Of a DNA stretch of 64,000 bases, positions 36,212-45,659 are shown piece after piece. Source of the stretch: Candidatus Woesearchaeota archaeon (GTDB lineage: Archaea > Nanobdellota > Nanobdellia > Pacearchaeales > GW2011-AR1); the NCBI GenBank assembly GCA_964372205.1, contig CAYJQB010000001.1, forward strand, positions 13,180 through 77,179, read 5' to 3'. The notes beneath the pieces are model-generated. The model had not been told where the DNA came from, did no database searches, and was given only the letters and a program-made list of their open reading frames with translations. The position numbers and the translations under genes are program-made. Numbering within the stretch: position 1 is the stretch's first letter; each line of letters begins with the position of its first letter.

Positions 36212-37471
36212 TTAATAAATTTTTGCACTTGTCTTTCCAGACAAAAGTGAAGAGTATATATCAGACAATCTACTAATCAATATTCTTTTATCATAATTTA
36301 GAAGAATAAATTTTCTCCCATTTTCTCCCATTTTCTCCCGTAGTTTTTTATTCTTGGACAAATATTCCGATTTTTCAGCAAGACTTTGAACATCTTTCTC
36401 TGCAACCAAAAATCCTGTCTTTGAATCTTGAACAACTTCAGGGATTGACGAATGAATAGTCGAAATTACTGGAAGGCCTGTTGCTTGAGCTTCCATCAGT
36501 ACCATTGGAGTGCCTTCAGTATCTCCCTGAAGGGAAACATGACTTGGGAGGATAAATATGTCAGATTTTTCATACAATTTTGGGATAATATCAGGGTTAA
36601 CAGCTCCTAGAAATTCAACATTCTGTTCAATGTCCAATTTCTTTGCAAGACTTTCTAAAAACGGTCTCATAGGCCCATCTCCGGCAATAATATATCTCGC
36701 ATTAATTTTTTTAGAAATCTTGGCAATAGCCTCTAAAGCATATCTGTGCCCTTTTTTTTCAACTAGTCTTCCAACAGTCAAAAAAGTAATCTCTTTTCGT
36801 CCAGGCCTCTTAATCAATTTAAATTTCGAAGTGTCGATTCCGAGTGGGAGGACACTAATCTTATTTTCAGGACAACCAAGAGCGATTAGCCTTTCCTTGA
36901 ATTTTAGAGATAACGGTAAAAAAATGTCTCCTGATTCAAATAAGGGAAGATAAACGTTCTTGTTTGTTTGTTCAACAAAAGAAGAAAGATCTCCTCCGTA
37001 GAACGAAGTAGCGTATTTCGCTCGTATTCCCACATCTTTGAGAATTGCTCCATAAAGCCCTCTTTGTCCAAAGTGACTATGGATTATATCGAAATTTTCT
37101 TTAGACTTGATAAACTTTAAAGCCATAAACAGAGGAATTAAAGAAAAAGCCACCTTTCCAAATTTGAAAAAATTCAACGACCTAAGGATTGCAACTGGAT
37201 GCTTTGAGATGTTGCTTGAGATTAGTTTAATAGCCTCCACAAATCGCTTTTTTTTCGATCTTGGAATATTTAAGTAAACAGTCCGATTTTCAAGAGAGTA
37301 TTCTTGGAATTTACTAGAGACAACCTCATCAGATTTTCGAATCGCAATAATTTTGATTTCCATTCCCATATCAATTAATCCAGTAATTTGATCCATGATG
37401 AATGTTTCAGTAGTCAATGGAAACTCACCAACAATAAATGCTACCTTAAGATTACTATTTTTTCGATACAT
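36212..37471 (-). CDS. Glycosyltransferase family 4 (GT4)
   Basis: A GT-B C-terminal EX7E-like motif (EGTPMVLMEAQATGLPVISTIHSSIPEVV). The 3' region contains ATTTTCTCCC repeated three times. Confidence 0.8.
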   Translation of the reverse strand: MYRKNSNLKVAFIVGEFPLTTETFIMDQITGLIDMGMEIKIIAIRKSDEVVSSKFQEYSLENRTVYLNIPRSKKKRFVEAIKLISSNISKHPVAILRSLNFFKFGKVAFSLIPLFMALKFIKSKENFDIIHSHFGQRGLYGAILKDVGIRAKYATSFYGGDLSSFVEQTNKNVYLPLFESGDIFLPLSLKFKERLIALGCPENKISVLPLGIDTSKFKLIKRPGRKEITFLTVGRLVEKKGHRYALEAIAKISKKINARYIIAGDGPMRPFLESLAKKLDIEQNVEFLGAVNPDIIPKLYEKSDIFILPSHVSLQGDTEGTPMVLMEAQATGLPVISTIHSSIPEVVQDSKTGFLVAEKDVQSLAEKSEYLSKNKKLREKMGENGRKFILLNYDKRILISRLSDIYSSLLSGKTSAKIY

Positions 37472-37503
37472 TTTTTTTCAAAATTTAGACATTATTTAAA
37501 AGT

Positions 37504-38622
37504 TTGGATAGCCGAAATCTATATAAAACTACCTTTGAACCAAAGATAATGGTAAGAAGAATTTGTTTCTTCAGCGTAGGTTTCGCATTCAATAGACTGG
37601 TACGATTGAGATATTACGAAAAAATATTTCCTAAAAATATAGAAATTTTTTTGATAACCACAGACAAGCACAAAGACATCCATAAATGGAAGCTCAATCG
37701 AACAAAGATTATAACTCTTCAAAACAATCCTCTAAAAAATATGTTTGAGATAAGAAAATTATGTAAGAAAAATGACATTGAAATAGTCAGCAATCTGGGG
37801 CATCCTTTCGGTATAATTCCTTTAATTTTTGCAAGCTTGTTTAACCGAAAGAAAGTGCTCTTGTACTTTCTAGGAGATATTTTAGAGATTTACAAAACAA
37901 CTAATTTGTCTTCAAAGAAGATAAAATTATTCTTGATAATTTTGCCATATGTTTTTCTCTCAGCTTTTTCTGATAAAGTAGCCTTCGTAGGATACAGAAG
38001 CTATAAAAAATCATCTATAGCCATGTTGCTTCCTAAAAAAAAGGCTCGTTATTTACTAGCACCCGTAAATGTCAATCTGTTCAAACCTCTTAAAAAATCA
38101 AAAAGTAGAAAAAAACTAAACATTGGAAAAGATAAAAAGATAGTTCTCTTCGTCGGAAGAGTTACTTATCTGAAGGGAGGAGACCTTTTATGTAAATTAA
38201 TCCTTGCAAATCCTCAAATAGACTTCATCGTGATAGGAAAATGGGTGGATAAAGAAATTCCCAAAATCAAGGCGTCCAATCTTAAAGTAATCGACGCAGT
38301 TCCGAATCAGAATCTTCCAGACTACTACTCTTCTGCAGACTTGGTCTTTGCTTATAACAGACAAGGTGACCAGCCTCAAATTGTAGGAGGAGAGTCTCTT
38401 GCTTGTGGGGTGCCAGTAATACACACAAAAAGAATACATGCTCCAGACAAAGAATTCATAATCAAAGTTGCAGATGACTTGTCTGATGCAAATAAAAAGA
38501 TTAACCTTTTCTTAAAGAAAAAAGCAAGTAAAAATCTCTCAAAATCTGCGAGGGAATATGCAGTAAAATATCTTTCAGACGAATCTTGGGAAAATAAATA
38601 TCTGGAATTTTACTTACATTAA
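37504..38622 (+). CDS. Glycosyltransferase (GT4-like)
   Basis: A GT-B C-terminal domain (GGESLACGVPVIHT). Confidence 0.55.
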   Translation: MDSRNLYKTTFEPKIMVRRICFFSVGFAFNRLVRLRYYEKIFPKNIEIFLITTDKHKDIHKWKLNRTKIITLQNNPLKNMFEIRKLCKKNDIEIVSNLGHPFGIIPLIFASLFNRKKVLLYFLGDILEIYKTTNLSSKKIKLFLIILPYVFLSAFSDKVAFVGYRSYKKSSIAMLLPKKKARYLLAPVNVNLFKPLKKSKSRKKLNIGKDKKIVLFVGRVTYLKGGDLLCKLILANPQIDFIVIGKWVDKEIPKIKASNLKVIDAVPNQNLPDYYSSADLVFAYNRQGDQPQIVGGESLACGVPVIHTKRIHAPDKEFIIKVADDLSDANKKINLFLKKKASKNLSKSAREYAVKYLSDESWENKYLEFYLH

Positions 38623-38656
38623 TTTTATATAATCCTCCAAGGTTAATACTTTTAAA

Positions 38657-38727
38657 GCTGCTGTGGTGTAACGGTAACACGCTTCCTTCACGTGGAAGAA
38701 CTCGAGGTTCAATTCCTTGCGGCGGCA
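38657..38727 (+). tRNA. tRNA-Val(CAC)
   Basis: By manual folding, the acceptor stem is GCTGCTG/CGGCGGC (two G-U pairs) with discriminator A. D stem GTGT/ACAC. Anticodon stem CTTCC/GGAAG flanks loop TTCACGT. T-loop TTCAATT. Confidence 0.7.
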
Positions 38728-39416
38728 TCTCTGATTAGTTCGTCATGAGTGCTTTTTTCTATTTTACCAATACGCTTCTTAATTAGGTTGTTTATTTCCC
38801 AGAATATTTTAAAGTTTCTTATCAATTTTCTTCTGATTGCAGTAAATAAAGGATAATCTAGATAATAATATACAAGCTCCCCACCCCATTCTTCTTTGAA
38901 AGAGTTCACATTCTTCAAATGACCTCTAGCTTTTATCTGCCACCCACCCAAGTCTACAAAGGAATACTCATTCTCCAGAGAATATTTTAGAGTTATCCAA
39001 TACATGTAATCGTTAGGGCGAAATTGGTTGAATTCCTTTTTGTTAGCAAATACCAAAGGCCTTATACCCCTTTTTCCAGAATCTTTCCCATAAAGTTTAT
39101 CAGAGACTTCTCCAAGGATAAAACATCCCACAACTTCATTGTCCTTCTTGATAAAGAATAGTTTATCTCCCGCAGGTTCAACAAACTTTCTCCATTTTTC
39201 ATAAACCCACTTAATTGCTCCACCCTCTTCTAAGATAGTCATATGCATCTCAAACATTTTTTCCAAGTCTTTATCAGAATTAGCTTTTTCATATGTCAAG
39301 CCCGACTTTATAGATTGTTTGACGTACTTTCTTCGGGTATACTTTACATTGCGCCAGACTTCCTCCTCAGTTTTGCCCTCCAGACTAATTATAAGAGTAG
39401 CATTTATATCTTTCAT
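38709..39416 (-). CDS. FemAB-like / GNAT-fold acyl- or aminoacyl-transferase
   Basis: Size and composition fit the FemAB/BioF2-like acetyltransferase family. Its last 19 nt overlap the 3' end of tRNA-Val on the opposite strand. Confidence 0.45.
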   Translation of the reverse strand: MKDINATLIISLEGKTEEEVWRNVKYTRRKYVKQSIKSGLTYEKANSDKDLEKMFEMHMTILEEGGAIKWVYEKWRKFVEPAGDKLFFIKKDNEVVGCFILGEVSDKLYGKDSGKRGIRPLVFANKKEFNQFRPNDYMYWITLKYSLENEYSFVDLGGWQIKARGHLKNVNSFKEEWGGELVYYYLDYPLFTAIRRKLIRNFKIFWEINNLIKKRIGKIEKSTHDELIRDAAARN

Positions 39417-39450
39417 AACCTTGCTAAAAAAAAGAGCTTAAAATAGTTTG

Positions 39451-40170
39451 TCATTTTTTCTTTCTAAAAAGAAAATACATAGGGGTGGATACTTTAGACA
39501 TTCTATCAGCCAAAAGAGAGTTTAGCTTGTAGGAGGTTTTATGGGCGGATTTTGGAAATAATTTAATCGGTAGAAATACTTTTGATTTTACTTCTTTGAT
39601 TTCCAGACTATTTTTACTTGCTAACTTTTTAACGTCATTATAGCTCAGAAGATTAAAATGGCGCAGTTTTCCAGTCATCAATCTTAACTTGGTAGTTGGA
39701 TAGGAAAAGGAATGTTTATTGAAGAAATCAAGGATTAAAAATCCTCCAGGTTTAGTCACTCTAACCATTTCAGTTACAATTTTCTTATAATTAGGAGTAT
39801 GGCAAAGGAACTTCGAGCTTATGACAACAGAAAAAGTGTTATTTGGAAATGGTAGTTTCTCAGCATCAGATTTTACTAGTTTGGCTGAAGGATAGCTCTT
39901 TTCAGCAATTTTAAGCATATCTTCGGAAATATCAACTCCATAGACTTTACGAGAGCCGTAATGTTTGAACATTATTCCAGTTCCACAAGCTACATCCAGA
40001 ATCTTCCCTTTAGGAGGCACGCTTGATAAAAAGGACTCAATTATTTTACCTTCCCTATCAAGAACGTCTTTCTGTCTGATGTCATTAAGTCTTGCAAAAT
40101 TGTATTTCAAGGCAGTCTCACCCGAATAGTGCTTATCTAATTTTTTTTTGATTTCTTGTCCCTTTGCCAT
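39451..40170 (-). CDS. Class I SAM-dependent methyltransferase
   Basis: Motif I is ILDVACGTGIMF. Confidence 0.7.
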   Translation of the reverse strand: MAKGQEIKKKLDKHYSGETALKYNFARLNDIRQKDVLDREGKIIESFLSSVPPKGKILDVACGTGIMFKHYGSRKVYGVDISEDMLKIAEKSYPSAKLVKSDAEKLPFPNNTFSVVISSKFLCHTPNYKKIVTEMVRVTKPGGFLILDFFNKHSFSYPTTKLRLMTGKLRHFNLLSYNDVKKLASKNSLEIKEVKSKVFLPIKLFPKSAHKTSYKLNSLLADRMSKVSTPMYFLFRKKK

Positions 40171-40780
40171 ATTTTGATAGAATAAATATCTTATTTATAA
40201 GTGTTGCCAAGTATAACACGGAGTAGAATACTATCAATATTGAGAAAAACTTGAACATAAACAAGAAGAAAAATATTGTAAATGGGCCATCTATAGGAAG
40301 AAAGGAGTATATCGGCGACAAGATTCCTTGTTTTTCAGTAGGGCTTCTCAGTCTGTCTAAAGAAATTCCTTTATTTCTGAGCCAAATCTGTTCAGCTACA
40401 AGATTAGCAATTATCAATCCAGATCCCAAGAACCCGAGCACTAAGTTGATTGTATTTGAAGAGTAATTTAAGGTTACTGCAAGGAGAAACAGCATCGATA
40501 CCACATAATGTGCACCTCTATCAAATATATTCCATTTTATAGAGAAAGATTTGTAATACTTAGCCAGCTCTCCATCAATGTAATCTACAAGGAATACAAT
40601 TTGGTATATGAACAATACTATAATTGCAACCTTGAAATCAAAAAAGATTATAGAAAATGCAGCAAACAATGCAAAAGCTATTCTAAACAACACTAAACTT
40701 TCAGGCATTATTCCTAGTCTTTTACATAACGGGAGCAAATGTCTTTTAGCGATACCTCTTAATAATCTGGACTTATACAT
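40133..40780 (-). CDS. CDP-alcohol phosphatidyltransferase-family membrane protein
   Basis: DYIDGELAKY...FDRGAHYV resembles the D-x2-DG-x2-AR...G-x3-D-x3-D motif. It has about six transmembrane segments. Confidence 0.45.
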   Translation of the reverse strand: MYKSRLLRGIAKRHLLPLCKRLGIMPESLVLFRIAFALFAAFSIIFFDFKVAIIVLFIYQIVFLVDYIDGELAKYYKSFSIKWNIFDRGAHYVVSMLFLLAVTLNYSSNTINLVLGFLGSGLIIANLVAEQIWLRNKGISLDRLRSPTEKQGILSPIYSFLPIDGPFTIFFFLFMFKFFSILIVFYSVLYLATLINKIFILSKYGKGTRNQKKIR

Positions 40781-40821
40781 TTTTGTTCATATCTTACAAA
40801 ATTAATAAACATTATGAATAG

Positions 40822-41547
40822 TCATAGACTGTGGTTGACCAGTTGGAAATAATAATCCAGCTTGAAATTCCTTTTCAGGACATAATAAATCTTAGGATGT
40901 TTTTTCATCATTTTTTTTGATTCGTTTATGACTTTCCTAACAAATGGAGCTCTGCTTTTTCTTACAATCTTCTTCTCAGGATCTCTATAAATTGTGTTAA
41001 ACCTTTTATTCATACTCGGAGGACTAAAATCTCTCACACCTAAAAATCTAAAGAGCCTATTAAGTTCATAATGTTTATTCTCATTTTCCATATCAAAAAT
41101 GAACAAATTCTCCTTACCAAATTCTTTTAACCAAGGTTCAATATAATTTTGTTGATTTATCATTTCAACAGGGTTATCACTAACATCCGTTCCATCAACC
41201 AAGTCGTAGAACTTTGCCACATTGTAAGCGGATTCTGCCCTCTTTTTTTCGTTTCTCTGATAAATAATAATCTTCACATTGGGAAATAGCTGCTTCAGAA
41301 GCTTTGCAGATTCCTTTTTGAAGATTATCAATGTGCTAATCTCGCCCACAACTTTATTAAAATCACATTTTTTGAATTTTTTCTCATAATTCTTTAGGCC
41401 CATTACACGGTATTCATCTGGAAAATAATTTATTTCGGTATGAAGATTAAATTTAGGTATACTGATGTCTGGATGTTCATAGAGACAGTGAGTTAGCCAA
41501 CTAGAGCCACTTCTTCCAAACCCCACTCCAATAAAATCTAATTTCAT
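40822..41547 (-). CDS. Sulfotransferase-family protein
   Basis: The N-terminal VGFGRSGSSWLTHCL matches the PAPS 5'-phosphosulfate-binding loop. The size fits Sulfotransfer_1/3. Confidence 0.6.
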   Translation of the reverse strand: MKLDFIGVGFGRSGSSWLTHCLYEHPDISIPKFNLHTEINYFPDEYRVMGLKNYEKKFKKCDFNKVVGEISTLIIFKKESAKLLKQLFPNVKIIIYQRNEKKRAESAYNVAKFYDLVDGTDVSDNPVEMINQQNYIEPWLKEFGKENLFIFDMENENKHYELNRLFRFLGVRDFSPPSMNKRFNTIYRDPEKKIVRKSRAPFVRKVINESKKMMKKHPKIYYVLKRNFKLDYYFQLVNHSL

Positions 41548-41548
41548 A

Positions 41549-42193
41549 TTATTTTTTGATGAGTTTGTTTCTCAATAAAATTTGTCTTCCAATTCGATGG
41601 TATATTATTTTAGCTTTGTCTATCTTAAATCCTTCTCTTTCCAATATTTGTTTTAGTTCTTTGATATTGTATTGATAAATCTTATATCCTGTTATTCTGA
41701 ATAATCTCTGATAAAAGAATCCAACAACTCTCCTGATTGCTGACTTATCTTCAGCATCAAAAATCAAATAACCTCCGTCTTTAAGCACCCTCTTACTCTC
41801 ATTTATAGCCCTAATCAAATCCTCCCTGTCAAGATGGTTCCATACTCTCATGGTGACTACTTTATCGAAAGAATTGTCTTTGAATGGCATCTTGAACATA
41901 TCCGCATGCAAGCACTTAGCTTTAGGATTTTTAGAATTGGCTATTTTAAGCATACCTTCTGAAGTGTCTATCGCAGTAACTTCTCCTAAATGTTTAGTAA
42001 GAAATCCCGAACTGCATCCAAGTTCCAAGACTTTTTCCTTACCCTTTTTATCAATCAACTCTAAAAAATATCTTAACTCGACAGCCCTTTTTCTTCTTCT
42101 ATAAGACGTTCCTTCTCTTTGACCATCATAAGTTCCAGTCACATTTCTTTGTCGATAATAGTCTGTAAACTTACTAGCATTCTTACTTTTCAT
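41549..42193 (-). CDS. Class I SAM-dependent methyltransferase
   Basis: Motif I is VLELGCSSGFLT, with an acidic residue after beta2 (AIDTSE). Confidence 0.7.
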   Translation of the reverse strand: MKSKNASKFTDYYRQRNVTGTYDGQREGTSYRRRKRAVELRYFLELIDKKGKEKVLELGCSSGFLTKHLGEVTAIDTSEGMLKIANSKNPKAKCLHADMFKMPFKDNSFDKVVTMRVWNHLDREDLIRAINESKRVLKDGGYLIFDAEDKSAIRRVVGFFYQRLFRITGYKIYQYNIKELKQILEREGFKIDKAKIIYHRIGRQILLRNKLIKK

Positions 42194-42217
42194 TATTTTA
42201 TTTACTTTTAGCCCCTT

Positions 42218-42505
42218 TTAAAGTTTTTTAAGATATTCTTTATGGCTTCGAGTATAATAAAAAACATAAATCCCTATATATATTAGGGTAGTGATTATGG
42301 CGATAGTATACTTAATCACAAGGGGCGATTGAGCTATCAGAACTGCGTAAATCAGTGCAATCATATTGGCCAGCAAGAAAATAACAAAAAGAAACAGACT
42401 GACTCCACTTGTATCTTTGGATTTTAAAGTTTTAATCATTTGAGGAATTATCATAATTGAGAATAAGAATGTGGCAATCCACCCTAAAATCTGTGCAAGA
42501 TCCAT
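42218..42505 (-). CDS. SemiSWEET / PQ-loop small sugar transporter-like protein (95 aa, three transmembrane segments)
   Basis: The first transmembrane segment carries a PQ motif (IIPQMIKTLKSK). Size and topology match bacterial SemiSWEETs or the lipid-A-disaccharide-synthase N-terminal (LAB_N) fold. Confidence 0.45.
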   Translation of the reverse strand: MDLAQILGWIATFLFSIMIIPQMIKTLKSKDTSGVSLFLFVIFLLANMIALIYAVLIAQSPLVIKYTIAIITTLIYIGIYVFYYTRSHKEYLKKL

Positions 42506-42579
42506 CTATCTGGGTTCGGCTAGAGATTTATAAATTTTAGTATAGATATCTTTTTAAGTTAAACTCAATTAAAAAATTT

Positions 42580-43569
42580 ATGTCTGGAAACTTTAAGATA
42601 ATCAGCACTATAGGTCCAGGGTCTAACAATCCAAAAATTTTAGAAAGCCTCAAAGAAAAAGGAGTAAACTTCTTTAGAATAAACCTATCGCATACTGATG
42701 AAGAAGACATAGAGGACAGAATAAAAGACCTCCTGCCATACAAAGTACCCATAATCCTAGATACGGAAGGTTCTCAGATAAGGTCGGGCAATAACGAAGA
42801 AATGTTTCTAAAAGAAGGAGAAGAGATTAAAATATTTAATAAAAAGATTGATTGCAACAGCACTAAACTATTTTTTAGACCTTTCAATGTTATAAACAAG
42901 CTAAAAGTCGGAGACACAATCCATGTCGATTTTGAGATGACTTCTTTGGAAGTAATAAACACTTCTCACCTCAGCGAAGGGTATGTCATTTGTAAAATAA
43001 TAAATGGTGGGCCAGTAGGATCCAAAAAAGGAGTTCACATAGAAGGAAGTTTTAATTTTCCAGCATTCAGTCAAAAAGATAAGAGAGCTATAGATTTAGC
43101 GAAAAAATATGATATTGGCACATTCACACTATCATTCATAAGAAATGCGAAAGAGGTACAGGAGTTCAAGGAGCTTTATCCAGGGGCAATAGCATATTCC
43201 AAAATCGAATGCAAACAAGCAGTAGAAAATATGGATGAGATAATTGACATAGCAGATGGAGTTCTAGTAGACAGGGGCGATTTAAGCAGAGAGGTAGAAT
43301 CAGAATCTATTCCATTCATAAAGAAAGAAATAATCAAAAGATGCAATATTGTAGGGAAGCCCGTATTTGTAGCCACAAACACCTTAGAAAGCATGGCTTC
43401 TTCTTTAAGATATAACCAAGCTGAAATCAATGATGTGGCAAACATTCTCCTAGATGGGGCCACAGGAATCGCATTGACAAAGGAGACTGCAGTAGGAAAG
43501 TATCCCATAGAAACTGTTGAAAGATTGCTAAAAATTATGAAGGAAGCGGAAAAGACTAGAGGCAGTTAA
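42580..43569 (+). CDS. Pyruvate kinase-like barrel-domain protein (truncated, lacking the C-terminal domain)
   Basis: KIISTIGPGS...FFRINLSHTDEE...ILDTEGSQIR matches the pyruvate kinase N-terminal, A and B domains. At 329 aa it stops before the allosteric C-domain. Confidence 0.55.
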   Translation: MSGNFKIISTIGPGSNNPKILESLKEKGVNFFRINLSHTDEEDIEDRIKDLLPYKVPIILDTEGSQIRSGNNEEMFLKEGEEIKIFNKKIDCNSTKLFFRPFNVINKLKVGDTIHVDFEMTSLEVINTSHLSEGYVICKIINGGPVGSKKGVHIEGSFNFPAFSQKDKRAIDLAKKYDIGTFTLSFIRNAKEVQEFKELYPGAIAYSKIECKQAVENMDEIIDIADGVLVDRGDLSREVESESIPFIKKEIIKRCNIVGKPVFVATNTLESMASSLRYNQAEINDVANILLDGATGIALTKETAVGKYPIETVERLLKIMKEAEKTRGS

Positions 43570-43613
43570 GCATCCATAGGTATATTTTAAAACCCTCTTA
43601 AATACAGATTTTC

Positions 43614-44753
43614 ATGAAAATAGCTCATGTGGCTCCAGAATTTTACCCAGCCATAGGAGGTGTAGGCCAGGTTGTCAGAGAGCTAGCAAAAAGACAAGCA
43701 AGAGCAGGACACGAAGTTCATGTTTTTGCGCCAGCATGGGACAAAAAAGGAAGAATTCCCCCCCGTGATGAAAATATTGAAGGAATCCATCTGCATAGGT
43801 GCGTTTATTGGTTCAGAGCAGCGAATTTCATGACTTTCTGGCCATCTTTTTTCCTTAAGATTCTTAAGGAAGACTTTGATGTAATCCATAGTCATTTGTT
43901 TGCACACCCACATTTTGTCCTTTCAGCATTGTGTGCGAAATTAAAGGGAATACCTCACATACACACAACTCATTGTCCGTGGAGCGATGCTCCAAGGTCT
44001 TTGGTGGGAAGGTTTGGAGTAATAATGAGTTACAATGTTTTTTCAAGGTTGGCTCTAAAACTGACTGACAAGATAATCGCAATTACTCCTTGGGAGAACG
44101 AGATGATTAAAAGATATGGGGGAGACAAATCTAAGATAGTGAACATTCCCAATGGGATGTCTGAAATGTTTTTCAAAAGAGTAAATAAAAATGATTTCAA
44201 AAAAAGACTAGGGATAAAAGATGACTTGGTTTTATTTTTTGGAAGACTGAACATTACAAAGTCCCCTGAAGATTTTGTGAAGATTGCGAAAGAGGTGCTG
44301 AAAAAAAGGCCGAAAACAACTTTTGTCATAAGGGGACCAGATGAAGGTATGAAAAAAGAAGTAAAGAAGTTGATAGGGTCAGAAAAGAAGATAATTCTTC
44401 TAGAAGAAACTCGTGACAGAAACGAAATAGTAAAAATGTATCAAGACTCTCAGATTTATGTCTTACCCAGCTATAGGGAAGGATTGCCTCTTACAATTTT
44501 TGAAGCTATGGCATCAGGTTTACCAATTATAGCGACTCCCGTGAACGGAATTCCTTACGAGATAAGGCAACCAGACAATGGATTTTTAATACAGCACGGA
44601 GACATAAATGGTTTCGCAAATAAAATCATAGAACTATTGGATAATAAAAAATTACTTAAGAAAATATCTGAATCAAATATAAAAAAATCGAAGAAGTACG
44701 ACTGGGATTTAATCAATAAAGAAACTCTAAACTTATATTCAATCAAAAAATGA
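43614..44753 (+). CDS. Glycosyltransferase family 4
   Basis: MKIAHVAPEFYPAIGGVGQVV is the GT4 N-terminus. The C-terminal motif is EGLPLTIFEAMASGLPIIAT. Confidence 0.8.
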   Translation: MKIAHVAPEFYPAIGGVGQVVRELAKRQARAGHEVHVFAPAWDKKGRIPPRDENIEGIHLHRCVYWFRAANFMTFWPSFFLKILKEDFDVIHSHLFAHPHFVLSALCAKLKGIPHIHTTHCPWSDAPRSLVGRFGVIMSYNVFSRLALKLTDKIIAITPWENEMIKRYGGDKSKIVNIPNGMSEMFFKRVNKNDFKKRLGIKDDLVLFFGRLNITKSPEDFVKIAKEVLKKRPKTTFVIRGPDEGMKKEVKKLIGSEKKIILLEETRDRNEIVKMYQDSQIYVLPSYREGLPLTIFEAMASGLPIIATPVNGIPYEIRQPDNGFLIQHGDINGFANKIIELLDNKKLLKKISESNIKKSKKYDWDLINKETLNLYSIKK

Positions 44754-45625
44754 TTTCAGTAGTAATAACTTCATTCAAGGAAGAAAAAACTATAGGCCGA
44801 GCCATAAAAGCTATTCTGCCACAGATATCAAAACAGGACGAGCTTATAATCACAGCTCCAGACGATTTAACTATAGAGGAGGCTAAAAAATATTCCCGTT
44901 TAGACAGCAGGGTCAAAATTCTAAGAGACGAGGGGAAGGGAAAGTCACCCGCGATGAATGCCGTAATCCCAAAATGTAATGGAGAATTAATAATATTTAC
45001 AGATGGAGACGTATTTATAGGTGAAGATTCAATAAATAGTCTAACCTCGCCATTTAAAGATTCTAAAGTGGGAGCTGTATGTGGGAGACCAATGTCTGTT
45101 AATGATAAGAGCAACCTTTTTGGCTTTTGGGCGTATCTTCTTACTGAAATAGCCCATACTCGAAGAAAGAGAGCATATAAGACAGGAAGACGATTCTTTT
45201 GCAGTGGGTACCTTTTTGCTATCAGAAAAAAATTGTTTCCTAATTTAATTGAAAACCTCCTATCTGAAGATGGTTATATTTCCCATCAAGTCTACGAATC
45301 AGGACACCTGATTTATTATCAAGATAAATCAAAGGTTTATGTAAAATACCCTGATAATTTTAAGGACTGGATAAATCAAAAAAAAAGAAGCGCTGGAGGA
45401 TATAATCAAATAAAAAAATTGATAGGAGTAGAAATGAGGTCTTTCCGTAAAGAGTCCTTGGGAGTCTTAGACTTTTTGAGATACGTTACAAACACAAGAA
45501 GAGCTTATTGGATAATTCTTCTATTTTTTTCAAGAGTTTATCTCTGGGCAGTTATTTATAGAGACATCAACATGCGAAAAAAATCTCACAGAGACATTTG
45601 GAAAAGAGTGGAAAGCACAAAATAA
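44750..45625 (+). CDS. Glycosyltransferase family 2
   Basis: ISVVITSFKEEKTIGRAI and a DGD motif form the GT-A fold. The C-terminal region is hydrophobic. Confidence 0.7.
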   Translation: MISVVITSFKEEKTIGRAIKAILPQISKQDELIITAPDDLTIEEAKKYSRLDSRVKILRDEGKGKSPAMNAVIPKCNGELIIFTDGDVFIGEDSINSLTSPFKDSKVGAVCGRPMSVNDKSNLFGFWAYLLTEIAHTRRKRAYKTGRRFFCSGYLFAIRKKLFPNLIENLLSEDGYISHQVYESGHLIYYQDKSKVYVKYPDNFKDWINQKKRSAGGYNQIKKLIGVEMRSFRKESLGVLDFLRYVTNTRRAYWIILLFFSRVYLWAVIYRDINMRKKSHRDIWKRVESTK

Positions 45626-45659
45626 ATACAAATAAAAAACCTCGATTCGTAATAGAAAT

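Noticed and set aside
38501-38728. 75-aa ORF on the minus strand overlapping tRNA-Val
   Set aside because: It lies entirely antisense to a well-folded tRNA and the GT4 3' end. It is low-complexity and has no ribosome-binding site (RBS), so it is a spurious frame.
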